A stretch of 64,000 nucleotides of DNA, taken from Calditrichia bacterium. Lineage in GTDB: Bacteria > Calditrichota > Calditrichia > JAJRVZ01. How positions within the stretch are numbered: position 1 is the first letter of the stretch; each line of letters begins with the position of its first letter. The notes below the pieces were generated by a model. It was given only the letters and a program-made list of their open reading frames with translations, was not told the DNA's origin and did not search any database. Below are positions 9,609 through 21,200 of the stretch, piece by piece. The DNA is taken from assembly GCA_963796965.1 (NCBI GenBank), contig CAWCNS010000016.1, positions 224,001 to 288,000 on the forward strand. The letters are read 5' to 3'. The translations under genes were made by a program, and so were the position numbers.

Positions 9609-10793
9609 ATGTCTCTAAAAATGAAATACTATACTGATCCTTACCAGACTGAATTAAAAACTGATCTCGTCTCCCAACGGAATGATGAGCGGGGGATTTG
9701 GTACACCTTTGCAGATACCATTTTTTATCCTGAAGGAGGAGGTCAGGAGGCTGATAGGGGACAGATTAACAATATACCGGTTCTGGATGTGCAATCAGAA
9801 AATGACATTGTTTGGCATTTATTAAAATCATCTCTTTCGACACCAGTCATAATGGAATTGGATTGGAATAGTCGATATGGAAATATGCAGCAACATACGG
9901 GTCAACATATTTTATCAGCTTGTTTTAAAGACCTGCATGATTTGAATACGGTTTCTGTTCATCTGGGAAGAGAGATTACTTTAATCGAGCTCGAGACAGA
10001 AAAAATTACTGATGAAATTCTTGAGGATACGGAAATGGCTGCAAATGATATAATTCGTCAGAATCTGGCTATTAAACCATTCTGGGTCAAGCAGGAAGAA
10101 TTGCATGAATTTAATCTGCGGCGCAGTATTAAAACGACAAATAAAAATATCCGCCTGGTTAGTATTGGTGAACTTGATTATGTTGGATGTGGAGGTACAC
10201 ATGTCCGTACTACGTCCGAGGTCGGGTTAATAAAAATTGTAGGGACAGAAAAAATCAGAAAACATGTTCGGATTAAGATAAAGATCGGAGATTCGGCATA
10301 TCATTATTTCAGAGAATTGCACTCTACTTTTTTCGGGCTTTCATCTCAATTGACTACCTCTCTTCCTGATCTGCCAAAAAGAGTTGACCAACTTGTTCTG
10401 GAAAATCGTGATCTTGGCCGGAAAATTAATAAAATCAATAACTTGTGGTTATCTGAGTATGTAAAGAATATACCAATTACAGAACCCTCAGGCTGTTACT
10501 TTTTAGAAGATTTTTCCAAGGAGAACTTAAAATCTCTTTCAGAAAATTGGAGCAAAATTTATCAAAAGCCCTGTTTGTTTATCAGCCGTGAAGAGGGAAA
10601 GTTCAATTTTTGTATGCGCCTCTATGGGGATAGTGACCATGATATTCAAAATTTTATTCAGGAAAATCGGGAGAAGTATTCACTCAAAGGAGGGGGTAGG
10701 AGAGATTTTGCCATAGGAGAGATCGATAAAAATAGTGCGAATACAAAATTAATCGAGAACCTGTTCAAAACCTTTGATAAGTATTTTAACTAG
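9609..10793 (+). CDS. alanyl-tRNA editing protein (AlaX-L type)
   Basis: FYPEGGGQ, MQQHTGQHILS (HxxxH), CGGTH (CxxxH), C-terminal KGGG. Confidence 0.85.
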   Translation: MSLKMKYYTDPYQTELKTDLVSQRNDERGIWYTFADTIFYPEGGGQEADRGQINNIPVLDVQSENDIVWHLLKSSLSTPVIMELDWNSRYGNMQQHTGQHILSACFKDLHDLNTVSVHLGREITLIELETEKITDEILEDTEMAANDIIRQNLAIKPFWVKQEELHEFNLRRSIKTTNKNIRLVSIGELDYVGCGGTHVRTTSEVGLIKIVGTEKIRKHVRIKIKIGDSAYHYFRELHSTFFGLSSQLTTSLPDLPKRVDQLVLENRDLGRKINKINNLWLSEYVKNIPITEPSGCYFLEDFSKENLKSLSENWSKIYQKPCLFISREEGKFNFCMRLYGDSDHDIQNFIQENREKYSLKGGGRRDFAIGEIDKNSANTKLIENLFKTFDKYFN

Positions 10794-10796
10794 GGA

Positions 10797-11369
10797 GTGG
10801 ACCACTCTATGCCATCAATTAGAGGATTGGTGTTAATGAGCCGTCTTGAGTATTTAGAAAAGAAATATGGAGCAGAAGAGTATCGGGGATTTTTAAAGAA
10901 AATCAGTACAGATGAGATGAATTTACTACGCCAGCCCCTTGACGGTGCACAAATTTATCCGGATAGTCTCCTGACGACGATAGATCAAATTTTATTGCAT
11001 GAATATTTGAATGAGGATATGGGGGAATTTAAAAATCTGGGTAAATGGGGGGCGGAAAATTTTATGTATCGATTTTTCAGCCAATATGTTGACGATTCTG
11101 AACCTCTCAACTTTCTTGCCCAATATGATCGTTTACGTGACTATCTTATTGGTTCTGGTCATATGAAGATTCAATCGATCAGTGAAAAGCATCTAATCCT
11201 TTCAATAGATTATGGCCAACAAATTCACAAAAGTGTATGTCTGAGTGAGCAGGGTTTTATTGAAGGTGGAATGGAGCAATGTGGAGCCAAAAATGTGAGA
11301 ATTGTTGAAACCACCTGTGCCAGTGAATCAAAGGGCTTAACCTGTCAGTTTGATGTGACGTTTGAGTGA
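10797..11369 (+). CDS. hypothetical protein, DUF2378/V4R-like
   Basis: N-terminal IRGLVLMSRLEYL; C-terminal C..E.G...G...ETTC......CQFDV resembles V4R/4VR ligand-binding folds. Confidence 0.5.
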   Translation: MDHSMPSIRGLVLMSRLEYLEKKYGAEEYRGFLKKISTDEMNLLRQPLDGAQIYPDSLLTTIDQILLHEYLNEDMGEFKNLGKWGAENFMYRFFSQYVDDSEPLNFLAQYDRLRDYLIGSGHMKIQSISEKHLILSIDYGQQIHKSVCLSEQGFIEGGMEQCGAKNVRIVETTCASESKGLTCQFDVTFE

Positions 11370-11393
11370 ACCAACCACTGGGCTTCTTCAATT

Positions 11394-11813
11394 TTACGCC
11401 CCAATAATCTTCACCAATACCCGTTTGCGTCGTCTTCCATCAAACTCGGCATAAAAAATTTGCTCCCAGGGACCAAAATCCAACTGGCCATCAGTAATAG
11501 CAACAACGACTTCTCTCCCCATGACTTGTCTTTTTAGATGTGCATCTCCATTGTCTTCACCCGTCATGTTATGCCGGTAATGAGATATAGGTTCATGGGG
11601 GGCCAGACCTTCAAGCCAATCATCGTAATCTTGAATTAATCCATTCTCATTGTCATTAATATAGACACTTGCAGTTATATGCATAGCGTTAACAAGACAC
11701 AGACCCTCTTTGATTTGACTCTCCCGCAGACATTCATCCACATCACGGGTTATATTTATATAATCTCTGCGGTTTTGGGTACTAAACCAGAGTTCTTTGC
11801 GATATGATTTCAT
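11394..11813 (-). CDS. yjbQ: YjbQ family (secondary thiamine-phosphate synthase)
   Basis: [35 protein letters not shown]. Confidence 0.9.
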   Translation of the reverse strand: MKSYRKELWFSTQNRRDYINITRDVDECLRESQIKEGLCLVNAMHITASVYINDNENGLIQDYDDWLEGLAPHEPISHYRHNMTGEDNGDAHLKRQVMGREVVVAITDGQLDFGPWEQIFYAEFDGRRRKRVLVKIIGA

Positions 11814-11823
11814 TATTTATTCC

Positions 11824-14181
11824 TTATGCGTTTTCTGTAGATTTTTTTATCTCACTAGATCTCTCGAAAAATTCGTCCATGGTCATTTTCTTTAAGAGTA
11901 CCAATCCACGTGTGGAACGGGTTCTTGAGTCTTCACTTTCATAGAAAAATCCCCTTCCAAGCAAAGTTTTCAACTTTTGATACTGTTCCACCTGAATTTT
12001 TTGTGCAAGATCAACAAAAGGTCCATCATGCTCGTAGCTTGGGAAAGATGCCTCTGCCTGGGAAGCAAATGAATTCATGAACGAATGCTGTAAGATGGCA
12101 AATGTATTTAAAGTGACCGGAATAAACATATTTGTATCAGCCAGATGAAAACGGAACCATACATTGCGATAGCCCCATACTTCAATATCTTTTCTCCCTG
12201 TCTCCTCCCGATAAATCTTTAATGCTTCTGAAACCGTTTGTAATACCTTATAATGCGTATCAGGGCCGCTGCTTTCCGGGTCAAAGGCTACAGTTACGAT
12301 ATCGGGATTTATTTTTTTTAAATTATTGAGTACAGGCAATACATCTCTTTCAACTGTAGGCTCTTCAGTAAAGATATCACCTTTGTAGAATCCCAGTCGA
12401 GAATGGAAGACTGAGGAACAACTAAAACCAAAATACCCCCACAAAACATCCGCTTCCCATTCTCTTGTCATACCTTTTAATTGTTGAATATAAGTAAGAT
12501 CCTTTTTACCCGGGTATTGGGTTTTAAAATAGTTTTCTAACTCATATACCCGGTGATGAAGATTGTCTACACTGTCTTCTTCAAAAGTCTCGATTAGATT
12601 ACGCATCAATCGCCGGGCCTGCGCTTCCTCTCTAACTAAATGATGATCACCGGCAACACCATCTAAATAGAGCCACACATCACGGTTTCTGGCAATGAGA
12701 TTTGTGGGATCAAAGTAATTGGAGTCAGCTAAATGGCGGAATTCTTTTTTATTTAAAAACCACTTAAGCCGCTGGACCAGTCGCAACATATGTGAATTTG
12801 TTACGGCATTAAATCCACTGGTTAGATAATTAAAATAATGGGTATTGGATTGTTCTCTTACCAGTCGTACAATGTAGGGTAAATAACCTAACATGATGTC
12901 GTCATGGTGGGGGGCTGTATGGAGCAATGTCTTGTTTTTTGGTATCTCAAGAGTGGAACTAAATCTTTTTTGAAGTTCCTTTTCAACCTGAACAAGTTTT
13001 GTTTTTATGCCCTCATTAAATCTACCCAATAACTCTTTGCTGCTGCGAATGCTCTCAAAATCTTTTTTAGTCAGATTAACAATCTTTTTTCTTTTATTTA
13101 AGGCTAAATCAATTATGATTTGTAATTCATCTTGTTCGGAGAGCACTTTATTTTGTTTGATGTGCAGATATCTTCTTTCTGTTAAAAGCTTTGCTGCTCC
13201 CTTGGTCAAATAAAAAGCAGCAGAACCGAGGTCCTGAAGTACAGTTGCCGGAAATTCGTTATCCTTAGCTCTCTGGATAGCATCAAATACTATTTTAGCC
13301 TTTGCCTCTCCGGATGCAATTATTATTGCTACCGTGTCCGGATTGTAAGTAATCGTTTGAAGACCAATAGTGATTACGAGACGGTTGCGCGAGATCTCGA
13401 TTCCTCCCAGATCGGAAGCCGCAGCAGCTTGTGTTTCATAATTTGTAGGGGTGAGTCGGGTGGTTGAATAATGATCTGATCCTTTTACATTAAAACCAAT
13501 GTGTCCATCGGGGCCAATACCTCCCAGAAAAAATCCTATCCCCCCCAGTGATCTGATTTTGCTCTCATAGTCTGTACAAAATTGATCGACGGATTCTAAG
13601 ACTTTTTTCTGCCTCGCCTCATGTGCGGTTTTGGGTTGGAGAATACGTAATTCCAGGTCAACCAGGTGATCGGGCCAGATAGTTTCCAGTAAATCATCTC
13701 CTGATAGCCCAATTGTATTGGGATTGATCAATAAAGCTTTCTGAGCATCCAGCCCAAATCCCTTGATGTAATATTTGTTTACATAGTAGTAGAAGCTATT
13801 ATGCTGCTCGGTATTGATAGGATAGAACTCGTCTATCTGGATAAAATGAAAACTTTTCATGTCTGGTTTATGTCCGGGATCAACACCATTCTCTTCCAGA
13901 AGTTTCCTTGTCGCTGGTTCGTTCCACCCATTAAGTAAATGAGCCACCCATTTGATAAAATGTTCAGGGGTCTTACCTGTAGGAAGGGAAATAGTCCATC
14001 CTTCATTATTCTGAGCCCATTCCAAAAACCGGAAAGCCGTTAGTTTCCCCAAATCCGGAAAGTTATCTACAACTATGACATTTATTTTTTCTATGGGGGC
14101 ATAGCGCAAGGCTTCGCCACTTTTTTTTATCGCTAAATCTTCAACCTTTGAAGGATTAGCTGTTCTTGGGACATCTCCCAT
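11824..14181 (-). CDS. nagB: glucosamine-6-phosphate deaminase fused to PIG-L/LmbE-like domain (NagB-II type)
   Basis: LPTGKTP, IDEFYP, GGIGPDGHIGFN in the N-domain; APHHDD and GPDTHYK in the C-domain. Confidence 0.85.
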   Translation of the reverse strand: MGDVPRTANPSKVEDLAIKKSGEALRYAPIEKINVIVVDNFPDLGKLTAFRFLEWAQNNEGWTISLPTGKTPEHFIKWVAHLLNGWNEPATRKLLEENGVDPGHKPDMKSFHFIQIDEFYPINTEQHNSFYYYVNKYYIKGFGLDAQKALLINPNTIGLSGDDLLETIWPDHLVDLELRILQPKTAHEARQKKVLESVDQFCTDYESKIRSLGGIGFFLGGIGPDGHIGFNVKGSDHYSTTRLTPTNYETQAAAASDLGGIEISRNRLVITIGLQTITYNPDTVAIIIASGEAKAKIVFDAIQRAKDNEFPATVLQDLGSAAFYLTKGAAKLLTERRYLHIKQNKVLSEQDELQIIIDLALNKRKKIVNLTKKDFESIRSSKELLGRFNEGIKTKLVQVEKELQKRFSSTLEIPKNKTLLHTAPHHDDIMLGYLPYIVRLVREQSNTHYFNYLTSGFNAVTNSHMLRLVQRLKWFLNKKEFRHLADSNYFDPTNLIARNRDVWLYLDGVAGDHHLVREEAQARRLMRNLIETFEEDSVDNLHHRVYELENYFKTQYPGKKDLTYIQQLKGMTREWEADVLWGYFGFSCSSVFHSRLGFYKGDIFTEEPTVERDVLPVLNNLKKINPDIVTVAFDPESSGPDTHYKVLQTVSEALKIYREETGRKDIEVWGYRNVWFRFHLADTNMFIPVTLNTFAILQHSFMNSFASQAEASFPSYEHDGPFVDLAQKIQVEQYQKLKTLLGRGFFYESEDSRTRSTRGLVLLKKMTMDEFFERSSEIKKSTENA

Positions 14182-14432
14182 ATTTTCTCCAAACTGTGAT
14201 TAAATTTGATCATTTTTTAATAAAGACATAAAGTTATCTAAAGTATATGGTTAATCACAAATTTAAATTTGTTTTAATTTTATGATTTTGTGAAATTACG
14301 CGCGGTATAATACTGCAAATTAAGTATATTATCTATTATTGATGAGCTTAATTAAATATGTTACTTCTAATCGGTCCTTATTAAAATTTAAAGGGCCAGA
14401 TTAACTATATTATTTAGAGGAGATTGATAAGA

Positions 14433-15239
14433 ATGTATCCTGAATTATTTTCAATAGGACCAATTACGGTTTATAGTTATGGGCTGATGGCTGCCATAGG
14501 ATTTTTGCTTGGCGGTTATCTGCTTGAACGGGAACTCGACAGAGTGGGCAAAAATAAAGAATTAGCAGGCTCAATTATTATCTCAGCTATTGTCGGTGGA
14601 ATTGTCGGATCAAAAATATATTTTCTAATTGAGAATCCTGCTCTTTTACAAGATGATTTTTTTGGGGCCGTATTCTCTGGTGCCGGTCTTGTCTGGTATG
14701 GTGGACTGATTGGTGGTTTTTTGGCTGTGGTCTGGTGGATCAGACGGAAGGGATTACCTTTTTTACTTGTAGCGGATCTTATGGGCCCTCTATTATTGAT
14801 GGGCCAGGGTATGGGACGTATGGGTTGCTTTCTCTCAGGAGATGGTTGCTATGGACCACCTGCTGACGTTCCCTGGGCCATGTCTTTTCCCAATGGCGTA
14901 GTTCCTACTATGGAACTTGTTCATCCAACACCGCTATATGATGTTATTTTGTTAATGTCTCTTTTTGGATTGTTATGGTTGTTACGCAAAAGAAATTTTA
15001 AACCGGGGACAATATTTGGATTATTTGGTATGTTTATGGGAACAGAAAGATTTTTTACTGAATTTTTTAGAACCAATCCCAAAACAGTTTTTGGTATGTT
15101 TAGTCAGGCCCAGTTTATCAGCATCCTCCTTTTCTCAGCTGGCCTCGGCCTTATCATATATGTGAATAAGAGAAAAGCTTATCCTGAACAGATAATTGAT
15201 AAGAGTGATAAGGTAAAGCATGTAAAGCGTAAAGAGTAG
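14433..15239 (+). CDS. lgt: prolipoprotein diacylglyceryl transferase
   Basis: MYPELFSIG, YSYG, GLVWYGG, GRMGCF, HPTPLY, ERFFTEFFR. Confidence 0.9.
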   Translation: MYPELFSIGPITVYSYGLMAAIGFLLGGYLLERELDRVGKNKELAGSIIISAIVGGIVGSKIYFLIENPALLQDDFFGAVFSGAGLVWYGGLIGGFLAVVWWIRRKGLPFLLVADLMGPLLLMGQGMGRMGCFLSGDGCYGPPADVPWAMSFPNGVVPTMELVHPTPLYDVILLMSLFGLLWLLRKRNFKPGTIFGLFGMFMGTERFFTEFFRTNPKTVFGMFSQAQFISILLFSAGLGLIIYVNKRKAYPEQIIDKSDKVKHVKRKE

Positions 15240-15503
15240 AGCGTGGAAAAGATTTTAGAAGAGCGACGAGAGAAGAGAGAATTGTGAAATATATGAATCC
15301 TATATTCATTAGTTGATTATTCTCTGTTAGATATTGGATATTGATCTTCACACAAGATTTAATTATCCAATAATCTAAAGTCAATATCCTAAAACGTAAT
15401 TTTCAAGTATCAAGCATTGGGTTCGAACGTCGTATCAATAGCCATCAACCTTAAAATAAACTAATTCCATCTAAGATATATTTATCCATAATGTATATTT
15501 TTT

Positions 15504-15528
15504 TGAATAAATAATTGCCCTACGTGTA
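15504..15528 (+). promoter_or_regulatory. possible ECF autoregulatory promoter
   Basis: TGAATA-N13-CGTGTA just upstream of the ECF sigma start; only loosely matches ECF consensus shapes. Confidence 0.3.
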
Positions 15529-15546
15529 TAAGGTTACTATAGAACA

Positions 15547-16101
15547 ATGAATGAAGATCAAATAGCAATTATGGAATGTCAGACGGGAAAAACCGAGAGT
15601 TATCGTTTTCTGGTTGATAAGTATAAAAACCGCGCTTATTATACGGCATTATTATTTACTGGAAATCGTGAAGATGCGCTGGATCTATCTCAGGAGGCCT
15701 TTTATCGCGCTTTTAAATCTATAAAATCTTTTACGCCGGGCAAGAATTTCTACACCTGGTTTTATCGTATTCTTAAAAACATATCTATCAATCATTACAA
15801 ACGTGTTAAAAAAAGAAGTGTTGTATTCTCTGATGCAGAAGAATCTACTGGTGCAAGGCTTTATATCTCTCCATTAGCCAAACCTGATGAAGTATTTGAA
15901 GAGCATGAGATGCGGGAAGTTGTTTGGAATGGTTTAGCAAAATTAAAAGCAGATGATCGGGAGATAATTATTCTTAAAGAATTTCAGGAAATGTCTTATA
16001 AAGAAATTTCGGAAACATTAGATATTCCTCTGGGAAGTGTGATGTCCAGACTGTTTTATGCAAAGAAAAAACTGGCAAAAATTCTGGAGGAGTTAGCATG
16101 A
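15547..16101 (+). CDS. ECF RNA polymerase sigma factor
   Basis: DALDLSQEAF, FYTWFYRI (region 2) and MSYKEISETLDIPLGSVMSRL (region 4). Confidence 0.92.
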   Translation: MNEDQIAIMECQTGKTESYRFLVDKYKNRAYYTALLFTGNREDALDLSQEAFYRAFKSIKSFTPGKNFYTWFYRILKNISINHYKRVKKRSVVFSDAEESTGARLYISPLAKPDEVFEEHEMREVVWNGLAKLKADDREIIILKEFQEMSYKEISETLDIPLGSVMSRLFYAKKKLAKILEELA

Positions 16102-16559
16102 TCAAAAATGAACTATCCTGTGACGAGATTGAAGTCAAGGTCATGGCCTTGCTTGACGGGGAACTATCAGAACAGGATATAATTATAGTAAAAGACCATC
16201 TTAATTCCTGTAAAAGATGCTCTGATGAATATGCCTCGTTAAAAAAATTGAAGGAGGTGACCAGCGCAATGAAAATGAAAAAATTACCCGAATATTATTG
16301 GGATGATTACTGGACCAATGTCTATAATCGTCTGGAGCGTGGCATTAGTTGGTTATTAATATCTCTTGGTGCCATTATTGTATTAGCCTTTGCAGGCTGG
16401 GAAGCACTTTCCGCTCTGATTGCAGATCAGGAGATGAATCCGCTTCTAAAAATAGGGATATTTGTTCTGTTGATAGGTTCGGTTATTCTGATTGTTTCCA
16501 TATTGCGCGAAAAATTACTGGTAAAACGGATCGATAAATACAGAGAGGTGAAAAGATGA
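16098..16559 (+). CDS. zinc-binding (zf-HC2) transmembrane anti-sigma factor
   Basis: LDGEL, HLNSCKRC (HxxxCxxC), two TM helices; overlaps the sigma stop codon. Confidence 0.85.
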   Translation: MIKNELSCDEIEVKVMALLDGELSEQDIIIVKDHLNSCKRCSDEYASLKKLKEVTSAMKMKKLPEYYWDDYWTNVYNRLERGISWLLISLGAIIVLAFAGWEALSALIADQEMNPLLKIGIFVLLIGSVILIVSILREKLLVKRIDKYREVKR

Positions 16560-16876
16560 TAGTGACAACAATAAATGAGGTTCCTGGCAAAAAATTAGTT
16601 AAATCGCTTGGTCTGGTCAAAGGAAATACAATCCGGGCAAGAAATCTGGGGCGGGATATTATCGCCACTTTAAAGAATCTGGTAGGTGGAGAAATTGAGG
16701 AGTATACAAAACTTCTTGGAGAATCCCGCGAACAGGCTGTGGACAGGATGATTGCTACTGCTGAAGAATTAGGTGCTAATGCAATTGTCGGGGTAAGATT
16801 CAGCACGTCTTATATTATGCAAAGCGCTGCAGAAATTATGGTTTATGGTACGGCTGTGATTGTTGAGGATGAATAA
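16556..16876 (+). CDS. ybjQ: YbjQ family (UPF0145) protein
   Basis: LGLVKGNTIR, VGGEIEEY, GANAIVGVRF, YGTAV. Confidence 0.9.
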   Translation: MIVTTINEVPGKKLVKSLGLVKGNTIRARNLGRDIIATLKNLVGGEIEEYTKLLGESREQAVDRMIATAEELGANAIVGVRFSTSYIMQSAAEIMVYGTAVIVEDE

Positions 16877-16885
16877 GTTAAGTGG

Positions 16886-17012
16886 AATTAGTAATTAGTA
16901 ATTGGGAATTGGATTGATTTTTACTTGTGGATATTATAATACTTCAAATCACATAGATTTTAACTATATTCCATTCCTAATCCCCCTAAATACCTAATTT
17001 CAAATTACTAAT
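16886..17012. repeat. inverted heptamer-array element without cargo
   Basis: AATTAGT-AATTAGT-AATTGGG-AATTGGA facing TCCTAAT...ACCTAAT-TTCAAAT-TACTAAT, between convergent genes. Confidence 0.6.
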
Positions 17013-17827
17013 CACCAATATTTCTCCATATGTATCGATCCTGGCTCTAACTTAGTATGCTCACGAAAATTGGATTTTTCTAAGAGTTCTACCATTTCCC
17101 GGATCATCTCCGGATGGCCACATAAAAAGATGCGCGTGTTTTCTGGAGATGAGTCGTGACCCCACATATTCTGAATAACTTTTTCTTTCCATATTTCCTG
17201 TACAAATCCAATCCTGCCTCCCCACGGAATTGGCTCCTTAGAAGGTTCACTAATTACCGGAATGTAATGAAAATTAGGACAGAGTCTTTCTATCGTAAGT
17301 AGTTCAGATCTATACCCCAAATCCCAGGAGTTTAGAGCGCCGTGAATTACAGCATAATTTCGTTTTTCCTGAATTATGACATTAGAGCGAAGCATACTCA
17401 TATATGGTGCAACCCCGGTGCCGGTAGCAAAAAGGACTATATTTAGATCCTCAGACACTTCATCCATGGTAAACATACCCTTGGTCTTGTTAGACATCCA
17501 TAATTTGTCACCGATATTCATGGCAAATAAACGAGGGGTAAGAGAACCAGAAGTGACCAGGCGTACATAGAACTCTACGTATTGTTTCTCTTTAGAACTT
17601 GAGGCGATTGAATACGCTCTACGTACTAATTTGTCTTCCCTTGGAGGTGTTGGTTCTGGGTCCGAGTACATATACCGTGGTGAATTTGGTGGTAATCCGA
17701 GCACCACGTATTGTCCGGGGGTGAATTCGGGCAATTCCCAACCCTCCGGTACCACCCTGATAATGATTAAGCCGGGGGCTACTTCTACTTTCTGGGCCAA
17801 AACACAATTCAACTCTGGAAGCACCAT
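17012..17827 (-). CDS. fpr: ferredoxin/flavodoxin--NADP+ reductase
   Basis: RAYSIAS, GSLTPRL, ATGTGVAPY, FLCGHPEM, C-terminal EKYW. Confidence 0.88.
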   Translation of the reverse strand: MVLPELNCVLAQKVEVAPGLIIIRVVPEGWELPEFTPGQYVVLGLPPNSPRYMYSDPEPTPPREDKLVRRAYSIASSSKEKQYVEFYVRLVTSGSLTPRLFAMNIGDKLWMSNKTKGMFTMDEVSEDLNIVLFATGTGVAPYMSMLRSNVIIQEKRNYAVIHGALNSWDLGYRSELLTIERLCPNFHYIPVISEPSKEPIPWGGRIGFVQEIWKEKVIQNMWGHDSSPENTRIFLCGHPEMIREMVELLEKSNFREHTKLEPGSIHMEKYW

Positions 17828-18254
17828 TATATTACTCCATATAGGTAAAATATTACCTCATATTTACTGATTTACATGAAAACATTCAATGTCATGCTTG
17901 CATAAATATTTTGAAATATGGCTCATGGAATCAAATTTAGTGAAATAATCCTATGGGACTTCTCCCTGAATTGAGACTTATTTAATGAGGCAGCTAGGGG
18001 AAATGCGTTTATCAATAAAACATGAAGTGATATAAATAAGTAATTACATAAAAATAGAAGAACTCTTTGTGAGAGAAATATTTCTTGAAATATATCTTGC
18101 CATATCGCCGCGTTCTTTTTAGTTTAATCTATATTTCTCACCAGAGACTCATACAGTCCGTTTCTTTACTTCTACAATTTCAACTCTAAGTGAAATTAAA
18201 TGAAATCTTTGAGGATCAATAATCGTTTGAAATTTGTAGGAAGAGATCCATCAA

Positions 18255-21200
18255 ATGAACTATGATCTAAAAACATTCATATATTTAATTCTACTCAATA
18301 TTCTGACTTTCAATTTCGCAGTCAACGCTGCAAACCCTGTCCCGCCACCCTTAATATCGCATGGGCACTGGCATCATGATAAATATCGAAATTTAGATCG
18401 GTTATTGATCATGAGTGATGCGGAAGTGACAGAGATAAGAGCCAGAATTCTTCAGGCTAATAATATTTTCAGCCAGATTTACTCCAACACATATTTAAAT
18501 CGCGAGGGTGGCTATATAGGTGGGATATATCAAGATGCTCTTCGATCCACCTATAATAATCGCATGGATCGCGCCATAAGAGCAAAAAATAAAGCGTTTG
18601 TTGCTCTTATGGGAATTGGTGCGCAGGGCGGTACCGGTGAACTATATGAATTGTCGGAATCAGAGAGAAATATTTTTAGAGAACAAGCGCTGGATCATTT
18701 ACGTAATTTTGTGAATTCCGCCTGGTCGGATCAAGCGCGACCCTTCAATCCATTTGAAGATTTGCTTTTTACTGCTCAGCATTTAGATGAGCTGTATGAT
18801 TTGCAATACCGCTCCCGGGAACTAATATGCTATCTGGAAGCATATGATATGTTGAGACCAATTGGCGGAAACCGTGTCTGGGAGGAGAGCATCGCAAGAC
18901 GCTTGATTAAGTTTGCTTCCAACATCTATTTTATGGCAGATTATTTTGGTTTTACCTATGCTTATAATAATCATCGTATCATGACTGGCGCAGCCTTGGG
19001 GATGGCAGGTATCTTATTTGGCGATTGGGGGTGTGATGATGGTGATTTCGATGATCGTGATGCCCGCTCTTATATGCCAACCGCCTGGATTGGCTATGGC
19101 ATGATAAATATAAATACGGTTCTCTATAATTATCAGGTTTTTCCGGATGGGGGATATAATGAGGGACCGCATTATTTACGTTATGCCTTTATACATGCGC
19201 TGCCTTTTTTCAAGGCAATGAAGAATTTTGGCGAAATTTTTCAAATGAATAATGCCGGTGAACCCTATGGAGATTGGATTGAGTCATACTCAACATTCCC
19301 GGGTAATCACTATTCATTACGTTCTCCCTGGTATGGCCGCATAAATGATAGCAAACCAGATCTCTGGGATATCCTGGGTTGGGTTAGCAAAATTCGCCAA
19401 CCGGAAGGCCGCGTTCCAGGCATAGCGAACACATTTAATGATACCTATTTCCCTGAAACTGCTATTGCTGGTGGTCCTTATTTTTGGCCACTCGCATCCT
19501 ATGAATCGACCATCGGGGATAATGCAATTCTCAACTTGTCTCTCACAGCTTACACAGATAGCCGAGCAGACTTTATAGTCGCAGGCAATAATGTTGAACA
19601 ATCTCCTCCAAATTGGGGTAATCTTCAAGTCTTTCCGAATACGGGCAATATTGTTTTTCGAAGTGGTTGGGGATTAAAGGATATTTATATGCATGTGTCG
19701 GCGAGAAACTATGCCTATAGTTCTTCAGACTATCATCGCGATACTCATACCCAGCATGATAACAGCAGTTTTCTGTTAGGATATAATGGACGCACTTTAG
19801 CACTTGATGCCGGGTATATTTCCTGGAATGACAAAGATCAGGTTAATAATCCTTATAATCACAATCTTATACTCGTACAGGGTCTCGGCCCATCAAAAAA
19901 CTCAACTACAGCCAATATTGAAAATATTCAATCAGGTGGATTTTATGATTATGTCAGAATTGCTACCAACTATCGAGATACTTTTATAAGAAGGGGATTT
20001 CTTTTTTATGATGATCGCTATTTTATTATTAAAGATCGGATCGCTGGCTCCGGTACAAAAGTCTATCAATTTTTACTTCATGGTAACGATACAAATCCGG
20101 TGAGTGGGCCTGATGGGGTGCGCTGGCTCCAGGAGGATGCTGTATTACAATCTTTCATTACTACCAATGGAGGAAATTCAAATCTGACTCTATCATTCAA
20201 CGATTATATACATGATAATGGATATGGGATGCATCGTGTTAAAAACCATAAAAGACTTAGCGCTGGAATGGTGGCGAGAAATATGCAGTTTTTATCAATC
20301 CTGTTTCCCTATGATGCCAACCTGCCAGTAGAACCTGAAATTATCGATGCCTCAGCAGATAATGCTTATGCAGCGGTTTTTGTTGACCGAACAGCACATG
20401 TACAACTCGGTAATCGCTATGAATTTATCATGTCGAGATTTAATTCTGGTAATATTATAACAATCCCAGAATCACAGTATGGTTTGAATAACAGGACAAT
20501 TAAAACTATTAAAACCGATGCAGCTTTACTTACGCTCGGATTTGATCCTGCTGATCCTGAAGATCCTAATAAAATTGAACTTTTTCACAAAGACATGACC
20601 ACCTGCGAATATGGTGATTACGTGTTATTTCCACAGATCGCACCAGAAATTTCTGCTATTGAAAATATTACAATGAATGAAATGGATACCCTTGATATTG
20701 CCATTACCGCTTCGGATGTCAATGGTCACTATCTCAGTTTAAGCGCGGTTAATCTACCTTCATTTGCCCAACTTGTTGATAGCGGTAATGGTAGAGGAAC
20801 AATTCGATTTACACCACGCTATTTGGATGCCGGAACCTATCTGTCGATTCAGATTATTGTAACAGATAGTGGGAAGCCTCCCTTAACTGCAACCGATACA
20901 TTTGATCTTGAAGTACATAATCTAAATATTCCCCCACGTGCCAATGCGGTTTCTAATATTATTGAGGGCTCTCCACCCCTATCGGTAGCCTTCTCTGCTG
21001 AGGGCAGTGTCGACATAGATGGGATGATTCAGAGTTATCTCTGGGACTTTGATGATGGTACCACAGCTTCATCATCACAGGTCACTCGCAATTTCAATAT
21101 CGCCGGAAAATATTATGTAGTTCTTACGGTTACTGATAATGAGGGTGCGATTGCCCGTGATACGATTATTATAAAAAATCACCCTGAACTTTCACAATTG

